Of a DNA stretch of 58,813 nucleotides, positions 1 through 9,016 are shown piece by piece. A program made the position numbers and the translations under genes. The notes below the pieces were generated by a model, which was not told the origin of the DNA, did no database searches, and saw only the letters and a program-made list of their open reading frames with translations. The stretch comes from Eubacteriales bacterium. Lineage in GTDB: Bacteria; Bacillota; Clostridia; Lachnospirales; JAVBJY01. The stretch is taken from positions 1 to 58,813 of the forward strand of contig JAVBJY010000103.1 of assembly GCA_031546735.1 (NCBI GenBank), read 5' to 3'. The first letter of the stretch is position 1, and every line of letters starts with the position of its first letter.

Positions 1-383
1 TCGCTGTACAGTTTATGAAACGCGTTCAGCAAGGTAAGCCCCAACCCTTTTATTGCCCCGTCTCTTACGCCCCAATTGGCAATCCATAAAAAATCCGAGT
101 CAGGTGCAATGTTCTCATCGTAAAGGCTATTGGGGATAAACCCCAAGACCCCCAACAACGAGCCCGAACTTGCACTTACGCCCTCATTTGTATCTCGAAT
201 ACACAAAAAATTGTAATTGTCATTTGTTTTGTCATAATACTGCCAGTCTAAAAATTTTCGTTCTCGCGCCAATATACTATCTGGCCCCAATGTGGCTTTG
301 TAAAATTCTAAAATGTCTGCAAGCTCTGAAACGTCACATGCCTTGATGACGCAATCGCCTTTTCTCTCATAGATGGGCCTCAT
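1..383 (-). CDS. GNAT-family N-acetyltransferase, 5' part only (gene runs off the left edge)
   Basis: Hand translation of the minus strand from the ATG at 383-381 gives 127 stop-free codons to the window edge (MRPIYERKGDCVIKACDVSELADILEFYK...WGVRDGAIKGLGLTLLNAFHKLYS). It has an acetyl-CoA-loop-like RDGAIKGLG. ATGA stop/start overlap with the upstream gene at 380-383. Absent from the ORF track because it has no stop inside the window. Confidence 0.5.
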   Translation of the reverse strand, partial: MRPIYERKGDCVIKACDVSELADILEFYKATLGPDSILARERKFLDWQYYDKTNDNYNFLCIRDTNEGVSASSGSLLGVLGFIPNSLYDENIAPDSDFLWIANWGVRDGAIKGLGLTLLNAFHKLYS

Positions 384-1384
384 AGCTGTAGTCTTTTTAA
401 CTCCTCTTTCAACTTTCTAACGTCCAACCATTCTTTGTTGGCACCGGACGTATATTCAAAGTCAGCCGCAACCGGTCTTGCCTCATTGCGTTCGCCCAAC
501 GATTTTTGTTCTATCTTTAAATTCGGATAAATGACAAAATATTTATCAAACTCATATGTTAAACGTGCATCATCTTTTGTAATCATCAGTTCATGAATCT
601 TTTCGCCTTCTCGTATGCCCACATCTTTAAACGTACAATCCGGTTTCATGGCCAGTGCCAAATCCGTCACCTTAAACGAGGGGATTTTAGAAATAAAAGT
701 CTCTCCACCTTGAGAATAGCCTAGCGCTTTATATACAAGATCAACCCCTTGGTCGAGGGTGATCCAAAATCGTGTCATATCCATATGGGTAATGGGCAGC
801 TCATTCGCACCGCTATCGATCAGTTCTTTAAAAAAAGGAATGACAGATCCACGACTTCCGGCCACATTCCCATACCGCACAACCGAAAAAACAGGCCCCT
901 TGCCACCCGAATATGTATTGGCCGCAATAAACAACCGATCCGACACAAGCTTCGTGCCACCGTATAAATTAATCGGGTTCACCGACTTGTCGGTCGACAG
1001 CGCAATGACCTTCGACACGTTTTTATCAATCGCCGCATCGATGACATTTTGGGCACCGTATATGTTGGTCTTCACCGCTTCAAACGGATTGTATTCGCAT
1101 GCCGGCACTTGCTTCATCGCCGCCGCGTGAATGACAAAATCGACACCGTCAAATGCCCGATACAGCCTGTCTCTGTCTCGCACATCGCCGATAAAAAACC
1201 GCATGACCCCTTTTACCTCTGGGTAGGCACGGTTGAGATAATTGCGCATGACGTCCTGTTTAAACTCATCCCGCGAATAGATAATCACTTTATTTGGTTT
1301 GAAGTTGGTCAGCAAGAAATCAACAAATGCCTTACCAAATGAACCGGTTCCGCCCGTAATCAAGATATTTTTATTATTTAGCAT
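380..1384 (-). CDS. pseB: UDP-N-acetylglucosamine 4,6-dehydratase (inverting), PseB/FlaA1/CapD-like short-chain dehydrogenase
   Basis: 334 aa. N-terminal Rossmann motif ITGGTGSFG, YSRDEFKQ motif typical of PseB/FlaA1, catalytic YGGTK (YxxxK). Overlaps the neighbouring genes at both ends, which suggests an operon. Confidence 0.75.
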   Translation of the reverse strand: MLNNKNILITGGTGSFGKAFVDFLLTNFKPNKVIIYSRDEFKQDVMRNYLNRAYPEVKGVMRFFIGDVRDRDRLYRAFDGVDFVIHAAAMKQVPACEYNPFEAVKTNIYGAQNVIDAAIDKNVSKVIALSTDKSVNPINLYGGTKLVSDRLFIAANTYSGGKGPVFSVVRYGNVAGSRGSVIPFFKELIDSGANELPITHMDMTRFWITLDQGVDLVYKALGYSQGGETFISKIPSFKVTDLALAMKPDCTFKDVGIREGEKIHELMITKDDARLTYEFDKYFVIYPNLKIEQKSLGERNEARPVAADFEYTSGANKEWLDVRKLKEELKRLQL

Positions 1385-3159
1385 CCCACTACTCCTTGTA
1401 CACTGATATATTTTGGTCTGTCTATTGGTTTTAATTTCGTGTCTTGTTTGCCCAAGACATATGCATATTGATAAACGGGGTCTGTGGCAATTTCATCAAA
1501 CCCCATACGCTTGTATAGATCTTTCACTGGCTTATTTTTTGCCGTTTCGATATAGTCGCCGATGATTGTTTTTATATTGTGTTTGGCGGCCGCCTCTGTG
1601 ATGTACCAAAGAAGTGCCTCCTCCACCGTACGCCCCATCACCCGACAACTTAACAAAAATGTATCTACCCGCCAACAGTCCTTCATCTGTGTATCGATGA
1701 TCATAAGCGAAATGATGCCGTAGTCGCCAAATTTATCGGCCAAGCTTGCGACGTACAGCTTATACCCCGCTTGCACCATGCCTGTGATTTCCTCTTCTGT
1801 ATACCGTCTTGTCGTCAGATTAAACTGGTTTGTCTTTTGGGTCAATTGCGCCATTCTTTTTTGAAATCGCCCTATATTGTGTTCCGTCACTTCTGTGACT
1901 GTCATGTGCATTTGAAGGGTTACATAGAACGACTGCAAATCGGAGCTGCTTTCTTTTAATTGTTCGGCTTGGTTTTTACGCCTGTACAACTGTGCCTTCT
2001 CTTGATCTTCTTCGGTTAAAACCAAATAGTCTAAACCCCACATACCCCGTAGCGCCACCACATATTTTGTCGCGTCATCTGGCAATGGCAAGACGTCTAC
2101 CTCTGGCAACATTTCTTCCACCATCTGGCACTCATACGGATTATCGTCAATAAACACCATACTATCAAGACCAATATTCAAATTTGTTGCTATTTTTTTC
2201 AAATTGGATACTTTGTCGTCCCAATTGATTTGAAGGGCTGAGAAATGTTCCTCTTTTAAAATCATGTCCTCGTGGTGCCGAATGACCGCCATGGCGTCGT
2301 CAACGTTGTTTTTGCTGTTAATGGCAAGCAATATCCCTGTTTGGTTTAAAAAGAGCAGTTGCCTTTGAAATTCTTTGTATATTTTGATGCCAGAAAATCC
2401 GTCTTCCCCGATGATGCCCTTCCATAAGGTGTTGTCCAAATCGAGGACGATGCATTTCTTTCGTTTGCCATGGATGGCTTCAATCGATTTGACGATTTGC
2501 CTAGCCGTATGTTCATAAAACTCAAATTTGTATGGATTTTTTGCAATCGTCCACATTTTGATATCGTGAACCGATTGCCCCATTGTAGCAATTGATTCTG
2601 CCACATCCAACAGGCATACCCGATCCATCTGCTCTGCTATCTCAATGAGGCCAAGGTTAAGCCGCCACATGATGGCCGAAATGCCTGTGCTGTTTTGACT
2701 TTCATAAAGCCCCGTCGGCGCAAAGTATGGCTTTGCAAATGTATTGAGCAGGATATTCACATCTGGTTGCCGCTTTTGTATTGTGGCAAGCAACATTTTG
2801 ATGTCGTCTAAAATCTTTTGCACATGGATGTCCACATTTCGGCGCTCCTGCGGTGTCTGTTCAAATAGCAAGGGATAAAAATCTTCGGGACGTACGAGCA
2901 ACACGACCATGTGCGGATGAAACGTATAGAGCGTGCTGGTTTCCTCCAGTATCTCTTGGTAAAATTGATTGAACCCGCCGATCTGTATAGCCGACTGGTA
3001 TCCGCGGGCATGCAACATACAGGTCAAAATCGGCTCTATCATATCACACGTATATGATTTCAACAGGCTGACTCTCAGTTTGCGTTCGTCATCATGTTGC
3101 TCTTTTCTGATTCGATTGCGAAGGCTTATATAATCTGCTAATTTTAAGTTGTTTTCCAC
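1378..3159 (-). CDS. FkbH-like HAD-IIIC phosphatase fused to a C-terminal GNAT-like domain
   Basis: 593 aa. HAD motif I LDLDNTLW, typical FkbH C-terminal FLLSCRVMGRTVEEALL. GTG start. 7-nt overlap with the pseB-like gene. Confidence 0.7.
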   Translation of the reverse strand: MENNLKLADYISLRNRIRKEQHDDERKLRVSLLKSYTCDMIEPILTCMLHARGYQSAIQIGGFNQFYQEILEETSTLYTFHPHMVVLLVRPEDFYPLLFEQTPQERRNVDIHVQKILDDIKMLLATIQKRQPDVNILLNTFAKPYFAPTGLYESQNSTGISAIMWRLNLGLIEIAEQMDRVCLLDVAESIATMGQSVHDIKMWTIAKNPYKFEFYEHTARQIVKSIEAIHGKRKKCIVLDLDNTLWKGIIGEDGFSGIKIYKEFQRQLLFLNQTGILLAINSKNNVDDAMAVIRHHEDMILKEEHFSALQINWDDKVSNLKKIATNLNIGLDSMVFIDDNPYECQMVEEMLPEVDVLPLPDDATKYVVALRGMWGLDYLVLTEEDQEKAQLYRRKNQAEQLKESSSDLQSFYVTLQMHMTVTEVTEHNIGRFQKRMAQLTQKTNQFNLTTRRYTEEEITGMVQAGYKLYVASLADKFGDYGIISLMIIDTQMKDCWRVDTFLLSCRVMGRTVEEALLWYITEAAAKHNIKTIIGDYIETAKNKPVKDLYKRMGFDEIATDPVYQYAYVLGKQDTKLKPIDRPKYISVQGVVGC

Positions 3160-3236
3160 ACGAACTCAACCCCATACCGATCTTTACTGCTTGCGGTTTT
3201 ATCAACCCCAAAGCAGTATAGGATAATTTTATCACA

Positions 3237-3265
3237 ATTATAGCGCTTATCCCACAACATGGCAA
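3237..3265 (-). promoter_or_regulatory. Sigma-A type promoter for the FkbH-like/pseB-like/GNAT operon
   Basis: On the minus strand: TTGCCA (3265-3260), 17 nt spacer, TATAAT (3242-3237). Lies about 80 nt upstream of the GTG start at 3159. Confidence 0.5.
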
Positions 3266-3310
3266 CAATATTCGATGTTTTTGTTTGGCGTACTCCTGAG
3301 ATATTCAGAG

Positions 3311-4327
3311 TCAACCTCTTTGTCGCTTCTGCTTTGCATATACAACATCCGAATACTTGAATTTTAATTTCATCTCGGCGTCCATTCCTGTTGCAAATGA
3401 ATAATTGCCAATGACATGCAAGAGATGGTCTTTTGTCATGTTGCCGTCGGCATAGTCGAATAGTGCCTCTACCATTGTGCAAGCACTGGCCACCGCCTCT
3501 GTAAACATCTCTGCAAACGATAACTGTGACACTTGCGCGTTGTCCCACGGCATACACCAGTTCGCTTTTTTGCTGTTCAAATAATCAATGTCATCTTCAA
3601 TATCCTGTAGGTGTATGAGCGCCGAAAACAATCGTTCGCCGAACGCGGCATCTTCGATGAATTCAAATATCCTTTTCCGCTTGCCTGTCTTAGATTGCAT
3701 CAACCTTGTAACATTTGTCGTATAAGAAATGGCTTGATACACTTGCTTATTCGAAATGGGCAGCTTGTATGCATTCTTTAATGCGCCACTGATGATGGTC
3801 GCCACAGGCAGTGCCTCTGCTTTTTTAATATGAATCCACTGCCACAACTTCTGATCCGATGGTCGCTCACTGCTGATCAGCCGCAACATCAGCACGTCGA
3901 TGGCTGTCTCAAAATTTCGATGATGCACGCTATGTCGAATCGCTTTTATTTTGTCTCCCTTTTTTCTGAATCCTGATTTATAATAGATGTAGGGATGCGT
4001 CTTACAATCCAAGCAGTAATGGGTCAAATAGCCAGCCAGATAACTAAGGGCACCGTCTCGTTCTCGTTTTGGCAGCGGTTCGATGTAGGTGAGCATCGTG
4101 TCCACAAACAGCCCGACGCTTTGGTTGTGCATGAGGCTTCCCACGTTGTGTAGTCCCTTGCGCATGAGCAGTGGCAAACAGTAAAAAAAGATGTCTGGCC
4201 CTTGGGTGCCGACGTTATAGATTTGTCTATTGGCTGTGATGATCTGTTGCCCCTTGCTTAGCTTTTGTAACGTAACATTTCCGCATATATAATGGGTAAT
4301 TAATCCGGGCATATCGTTGTCCTCCAA
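3311..4327 (-). CDS. Zinc-dependent phospholipase C family protein (function unknown)
   Basis: 338 aa. N-terminal GLITHY, GTQGPDIFFY and LAGYLTHYCLDCKTHPYI histidine-rich motifs recalled from the Zn-dependent PLC (PF00882-like) family. Confidence 0.55.
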   Translation of the reverse strand: MEDNDMPGLITHYICGNVTLQKLSKGQQIITANRQIYNVGTQGPDIFFYCLPLLMRKGLHNVGSLMHNQSVGLFVDTMLTYIEPLPKRERDGALSYLAGYLTHYCLDCKTHPYIYYKSGFRKKGDKIKAIRHSVHHRNFETAIDVLMLRLISSERPSDQKLWQWIHIKKAEALPVATIISGALKNAYKLPISNKQVYQAISYTTNVTRLMQSKTGKRKRIFEFIEDAAFGERLFSALIHLQDIEDDIDYLNSKKANWCMPWDNAQVSQLSFAEMFTEAVASACTMVEALFDYADGNMTKDHLLHVIGNYSFATGMDAEMKLKFKYSDVVYAKQKRQRG

Positions 4328-4366
4328 TTCGTCCGTCTTATAAAAGTAAAAGTAGGTGATTTTTAA

Positions 4367-5785
4367 ATGGGTTCTCCTTTATTTGATGCACTAACCGCAC
4401 TGGGCGCGCAAAAACAGTATCCGTTTCACATGCCCGGTCATAAGTTCAATCGTGATTTTTTTGTGGACGATTTGCTTTCGTATGACTTCACAGAAATCGA
4501 CGGCACCGACAACCTCCACGACCCCACCGGTGTCATTCTTGATGCCCAAGAAAAAACCAAGGCACTATTTGGCGCAGATCATAGCTTCTTCACGGTGAAC
4601 GGTTCGACTGGTGGCTTGCTCGCCTCCATTTTAACGGTATGTGCCCCCGGCGACAAAATCATCGTGGCAAGAAACTGTCACAAAAGTGTCTACAGCGGAT
4701 TGGTTTTGTCTGGTGCCGTGCCGATTTACGTCTATCCCGCTGTTACGCCCGAAGGGTTTTGCGGCGGCATCGATCCACTGGATATAGCGGCACAATTAGA
4801 ACAACATCAAGACGATGATAAACTAAAAGCAGTCATTGTGACAAGCCCCACGTATGAAGGATTTTGTTCCGATCTAAAACAAATTGCGCAAATTGTGCAC
4901 CGCCACCATAAAATTTTGATTGTGGACGAAGCACACGGTTCGCATTTTCGATTTCATGATGCGTTCCCTGTTCCTGCCCTTGACCACCATGCCGATATCG
5001 TCATTCAAAGTTGGCACAAAACATTGCCGGCACTTACGCAATCTTCCGTCTTGCACACAAAAGGCGGGCGGGTCAACCTTTCAAGGTTAAAACAAATGTT
5101 GGCCATTGTGCAAACATCTAGTCCATCGTATATATTGATGGCTACCATGGACAAGTTACGCCAAACCCTCGAAGAAAAGGGACATGATCTTTTTTCGTCG
5201 TACGTTCCCATGCTAAAACAAGTGCGAGAGGCAGTATCTGGCTACGATACGTTACAGCTTATGGGCACCTCTCTGCAACATCACCATGGCATCCACGACA
5301 TCGATATAACCAAGTTGGTTTTTTCTATTTACGCGGATGTAGATGGAAAATATGTTGAGCAAAAATTATTGAAGGAACACAGTTTCGCCATTGAATACAG
5401 CACTGCCCATGCCCTCGTAATGCTCACCTCTGTGGCCGACACTAAGGCGGGCTTTAATCGTTTGCAAGAAGGCATTGTATCCTGTGCGAGGCAGTTGCCC
5501 TATAGAAAACGCCCGCCCGATACTACAGCCCTTTGTCCCGTAAGCTCTGACAGTATTATATCCCTTCGAGACGCCATTTATAACGAAACGACAGAAATAT
5601 GTTTGGCAAAGAGTGTCGGGCACATTTGTGGCGAGTGGGTCATTCCCTACCCGCCAGGTATCCCCCTCGTTTTGCCCGGCGAGCGGATCACGGCAGAAAT
5701 AGTTGACCAAATCACATATCTGTTGTATCATCACGTGCGTGTCATGGGGATTTTCAACCAGACCATAAAAATTATCAACCAATGA
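4367..5785 (+). CDS. PLP-dependent Orn/Lys/Arg decarboxylase family protein (YaaO/SpeA-like)
   Basis: 472 aa. HMPGHK near the N-terminus, PLP-lysine context QSWHKTLPALTQSS, DEAHGSHF. Confidence 0.75.
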   Translation: MGSPLFDALTALGAQKQYPFHMPGHKFNRDFFVDDLLSYDFTEIDGTDNLHDPTGVILDAQEKTKALFGADHSFFTVNGSTGGLLASILTVCAPGDKIIVARNCHKSVYSGLVLSGAVPIYVYPAVTPEGFCGGIDPLDIAAQLEQHQDDDKLKAVIVTSPTYEGFCSDLKQIAQIVHRHHKILIVDEAHGSHFRFHDAFPVPALDHHADIVIQSWHKTLPALTQSSVLHTKGGRVNLSRLKQMLAIVQTSSPSYILMATMDKLRQTLEEKGHDLFSSYVPMLKQVREAVSGYDTLQLMGTSLQHHHGIHDIDITKLVFSIYADVDGKYVEQKLLKEHSFAIEYSTAHALVMLTSVADTKAGFNRLQEGIVSCARQLPYRKRPPDTTALCPVSSDSIISLRDAIYNETTEICLAKSVGHICGEWVIPYPPGIPLVLPGERITAEIVDQITYLLYHHVRVMGIFNQTIKIINQ

Positions 5786-5814
5786 CGGACGTACCCGTGT
5801 CAGACAAGAAAGAT

Positions 5815-5961
5815 AAGACCGTGGGCGCTGCCCACCCCCGCAAGCCCTTTAAAAAGGGCTTGACCCCAAACTTTATTATAGGCAACGGCTGGGTAATGCA
5901 TGAAAATTAAGGGTCAAGGGGCGAGCCCCTTGCGGGGTTTGGGGCAGCGCCCCAAGGTCTT
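5815..5961. repeat. GC-rich MITE-like palindromic element (two imperfect inverted arms of about 50 bp)
   Basis: Left arm 5815-5867 (aagaccgtgggcgctgcccacccccgcaagccc...gggcttgacccc) is an imperfect reverse complement of right arm 5911-5961 (gggtcaaggggcgagccccttgcggggtttggggcagcgccccaaggtctt). Each arm also contains its own small hairpin. The right arm recurs at 24222-24276. Confidence 0.7.
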
Positions 5962-6020
5962 ACTCTTTTTAACTTTTTCAGCACACAACCAAGAAACAAG
6001 AAACAGGAGGAACGGATTGT

Positions 6021-7295
6021 ATGAACAATTATTATTTTGATGGTCTGCTCTATCGCCTTTCGACCATCACCGTGTACAAAAATATCTTAGACGATGACAT
6101 TTTGAAGGCGATGTCTTCGATATGCACACACAACGGCGACAAGAAAAAATTTTTCGCCCACGTTGGACACCTATTTCACTTACTGATCGTGGTCTCCGAA
6201 AAACATAATTTCCGCGGAAATGTTTTGAAGCATCATATCATTCGCCTACTGGCAAACGATGAAAACCCGTTCTCGATTGCATGTGAAAATGGCGGCTCCG
6301 TCTTCGATGGCTCTTTGTTTGGCTTTGCAAGAAAAGACATACGCACCCTGCTTGATATCGGCGACAACTTTATCTTTGAGCTCAGCACATACTTTGAAGA
6401 AGGCCAATACGCATTCACCGATTTAACCCACTATCGGCCCATGGGCCGCGATGTGCACCCTCTTTCGGATACTGACGCCTTACCAGATAACGAGCAAGTG
6501 CTGTATCGCATCCTTTCTTACTATAAAGAGTATGGTTGCGGCATATTGGCACACCATAAAATGTTGCGCTACGACAGTGTGTCTGGGCTCGTTGCCATTG
6601 AAAACAGCGACCCCATCCGGTTTGCAGACATCATCGGCTATGACATCCAAAAAGAGCTTGTCATACACAACACGTCGGCGTTTCTGCATAACCAGCCCGG
6701 CAACAACTGCCTGTTGATCGGTTCGAGAGGCACGGGCAAATCGTCCTGTGTCAAGGCACTTGCCAACCAATTTTTTGCAGACGGTCTCCGCATCATCGAA
6801 CTGACAAAAGACCAACTGGAAGATATCCCGAAACTACTGGCGCTACTCAAAAACCGTGGACGAAAATTCATTATTTTTATTGACGACCTGTCTTTTGACG
6901 ATCACGAAATTGGATATAAACATCTGAAATCGTTAATGGAGGGTGGCACTGAAATCAAACCCTCCAACGTATTGTTCTATGCGACCAGCAATAGGCGGCA
7001 TCTGATTCAAGAAAAATGGTCTGACCGGGTTCAAAATCCCGACGATGACGAGGTGCACACAACCGATACGCAAAATGAAAAATTGGCCTTATCAGATCGG
7101 TTCGGCATCACCATCACCTTTCCAAAGCCGACCAAGCAACAATACTTGGAAATCGTGAAAGGTCTTGCACAGCAATATGGCGTAGAGATGGATGAACAGA
7201 AATTGGAAAGCGAAGCGATGAAACATGAATTAAACCAAAAAGGCATGTCTGGGCGCGGTGCCAAGCAGTTTATCCATGAGCTACTCTCTCAATAA
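6021..7295 (+). CDS. DUF815-family AAA-type ATPase
   Basis: 424 aa. Walker A GSRGTGKSS, Walker B FIIFIDDLSF, YATSNRRHL motif characteristic of DUF815. Confidence 0.7.
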   Translation: MNNYYFDGLLYRLSTITVYKNILDDDILKAMSSICTHNGDKKKFFAHVGHLFHLLIVVSEKHNFRGNVLKHHIIRLLANDENPFSIACENGGSVFDGSLFGFARKDIRTLLDIGDNFIFELSTYFEEGQYAFTDLTHYRPMGRDVHPLSDTDALPDNEQVLYRILSYYKEYGCGILAHHKMLRYDSVSGLVAIENSDPIRFADIIGYDIQKELVIHNTSAFLHNQPGNNCLLIGSRGTGKSSCVKALANQFFADGLRIIELTKDQLEDIPKLLALLKNRGRKFIIFIDDLSFDDHEIGYKHLKSLMEGGTEIKPSNVLFYATSNRRHLIQEKWSDRVQNPDDDEVHTTDTQNEKLALSDRFGITITFPKPTKQQYLEIVKGLAQQYGVEMDEQKLESEAMKHELNQKGMSGRGAKQFIHELLSQ

Positions 7296-7319
7296 GGTTG
7301 TGCCACAGCGCAAAAAATA

Positions 7320-7349
7320 TTGTACTCTTCTCAAAATGTATGTTACAAT
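7320..7349 (+). promoter_or_regulatory. Sigma-A type promoter with extended -10
   Basis: TTGTAC (7320-7325), 18 nt spacer, TGTTACAAT (TACAAT at 7344-7349). About 80 nt upstream of the GTG start at 7432. Confidence 0.5.
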
Positions 7350-7431
7350 TTAGGGGTACGGTGGTGTGTGTGTTTGATTTTTTTCAAGCGCACGCGTGCC
7401 CCTGTATATACTGCATAAAGGAGGGATTTAT

Positions 7432-7827
7432 GTGCTTGATTCTATTCAATTTACAACGTCTGAACTTTTATTTGCCGCTGTTGTTTCGTTTTTTTTAACA
7501 TGGTTTATCGTCAATATAACCGCATTTAGAAGATTACTGAGAAAAAACGTCGCCGAGTATGGCTATCTATCCAAAGACATTGGTCGCATCTTACAAAGAT
7601 GCTATGCGCTGTTTCCGGTAGACCGGTTGAGTTTTCGGGGCGAGACATACAAGCGGGGCGCTTCGATTCGCATTACGACTGCCCAACAAAGGATTTTTGA
7701 AGGCGAGCTCATTGGCCTTAACAATAAGCACATGGTTTGCATCATGACCAAAAAACATATCATTGCCCACGATCTTGAAAATATTGAAGACATTAAAATA
7801 ATCGATAAAATTGACGTTAGATTCTAG
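7432..7827 (+). CDS. Hypothetical membrane-anchored protein
   Basis: The track ORF begins at 7396, but AAGGAGG at 7419-7425 sits 6 nt before an in-frame GTG at 7432. There is an N-terminal hydrophobic helix (LLFAAVVSFFLTWFIVNI). No family recognised. Confidence 0.5.
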   Translation: MLDSIQFTTSELLFAAVVSFFLTWFIVNITAFRRLLRKNVAEYGYLSKDIGRILQRCYALFPVDRLSFRGETYKRGASIRITTAQQRIFEGELIGLNNKHMVCIMTKKHIIAHDLENIEDIKIIDKIDVRF

Positions 7828-7852
7828 CATAATAAAGATTGAGGTAGATATC

Positions 7853-8836
7853 ATGAAGACAAGACACACGATTTCTAAACTTTTTACCTCCGTCGTTTTT
7901 TTAGTATTGGTGCTGACATCTTGTGCGCCAGGTGTGAAAACTTGCCGACTCGCCGAGTCGATGCCCCTTGATCACTTGACAACAAAAGCCGATTTAAAAT
8001 TTGCAGAGCTAGTGAAGGCGAAATCAAACGGGAGAATCCAAATTCAAGTGTTTCCAAACGAGGAAATCGGCGAGGAAATAGACGCCTATCATATGGTCAA
8101 AGACGACACCCTTGAATTTGCCAGAACCAATATCGCAATCATGTCGGATATTTCAGAGTATTCCACGATTTTATTGTTCCCTTATCTATTTGAAAACAAA
8201 GACCATTTGTGGGCTACCCTAAACAGTCCCATTGGCGCTGCCTTTTACAATGACCTCCGAAGTGCAAATATTGAACCCCTCGCCTACCTTGACAATGGCG
8301 TACGTTGTATTTACACAACAACCCCTGTTACAAAAATTTCAGACATGGCTGGGTTAAAGTTTAGGGTGTTTAAGTCAAAGATTCTCGAAGATGCATTTTT
8401 TAAGATGGGTACAAATCCTGTGCCCTTGTCTTTTGGTGAAGTAAAGCGTGCACTAGAAGTCGGCACCATCGACGGCGCCGAGAATAATCTGACCAGTTTT
8501 TACACGTCAGGTCATTACAAAAACGCTAAATATTTTTTAAATGATCAACACATCATTATGCCCGATTTATTGTATATGAATAAAAAATTCTTTAATAGCC
8601 TAACCGACGAAGAACGCGGTTTCATTACGGATGCCGCCAAAGAAGCAAGCGAATACCAGCGCGCTGAATGGGCAAGCTATGAAGAACAAGTGTCTGAAAT
8701 TTTGCGGGCAGAAGGTTGCGTATTTTCACAGCCTGCCGACATAAATGAATTTAGGCGCATTGCAGACGAATTGTTGCAGGATGATTACCCGCAATACACA
8801 GAAATCATACAACAGATTAAAGAGATAAAGCATTGA
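7853..8836 (+). CDS. TRAP-transporter (DctP-family) solute-binding lipoprotein, orphan
   Basis: The ATG at 7853 follows GAGGT. Lipobox LVLTSC. Overall DctP-like pattern (KFAELVKAKSNGRIQIQVFPN...). No DctQ/DctM genes are adjacent. Confidence 0.65.
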   Translation: MKTRHTISKLFTSVVFLVLVLTSCAPGVKTCRLAESMPLDHLTTKADLKFAELVKAKSNGRIQIQVFPNEEIGEEIDAYHMVKDDTLEFARTNIAIMSDISEYSTILLFPYLFENKDHLWATLNSPIGAAFYNDLRSANIEPLAYLDNGVRCIYTTTPVTKISDMAGLKFRVFKSKILEDAFFKMGTNPVPLSFGEVKRALEVGTIDGAENNLTSFYTSGHYKNAKYFLNDQHIIMPDLLYMNKKFFNSLTDEERGFITDAAKEASEYQRAEWASYEEQVSEILRAEGCVFSQPADINEFRRIADELLQDDYPQYTEIIQQIKEIKH

Positions 8837-8840
8837 AGGA

Positions 8841-8876
8841 TACTGCGTCACGTGCAATCGGCGTGACGCAGTATTT
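8841..8876 (+). terminator. Rho-independent terminator
   Basis: 12-bp stem tactgcgtcacg / cgtgacgcagta followed by TTTAT. Confidence 0.65.
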
Positions 8877-9016
8877 ATGCTTTCAAACCGATATAGGCGG
8901 CAGTAATGATTGAACATACAAAATCATTACTGCCCTCCTATGAACAGAAGAAAATATTCGGCACTAAAGAATGACATGTGAAATGTTTCGTGCCGAATAT
9001 ATAGGAGATAAGAAAA

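Noticed and set aside
3144-3557. 137-aa minus-strand ORF bridging the FkbH-like and PLC-like genes
   Set aside because: It lies out of frame over the 3' end of the PLC-family gene and over the promoter region, has Cys/Arg-rich composition, and has no RBS.
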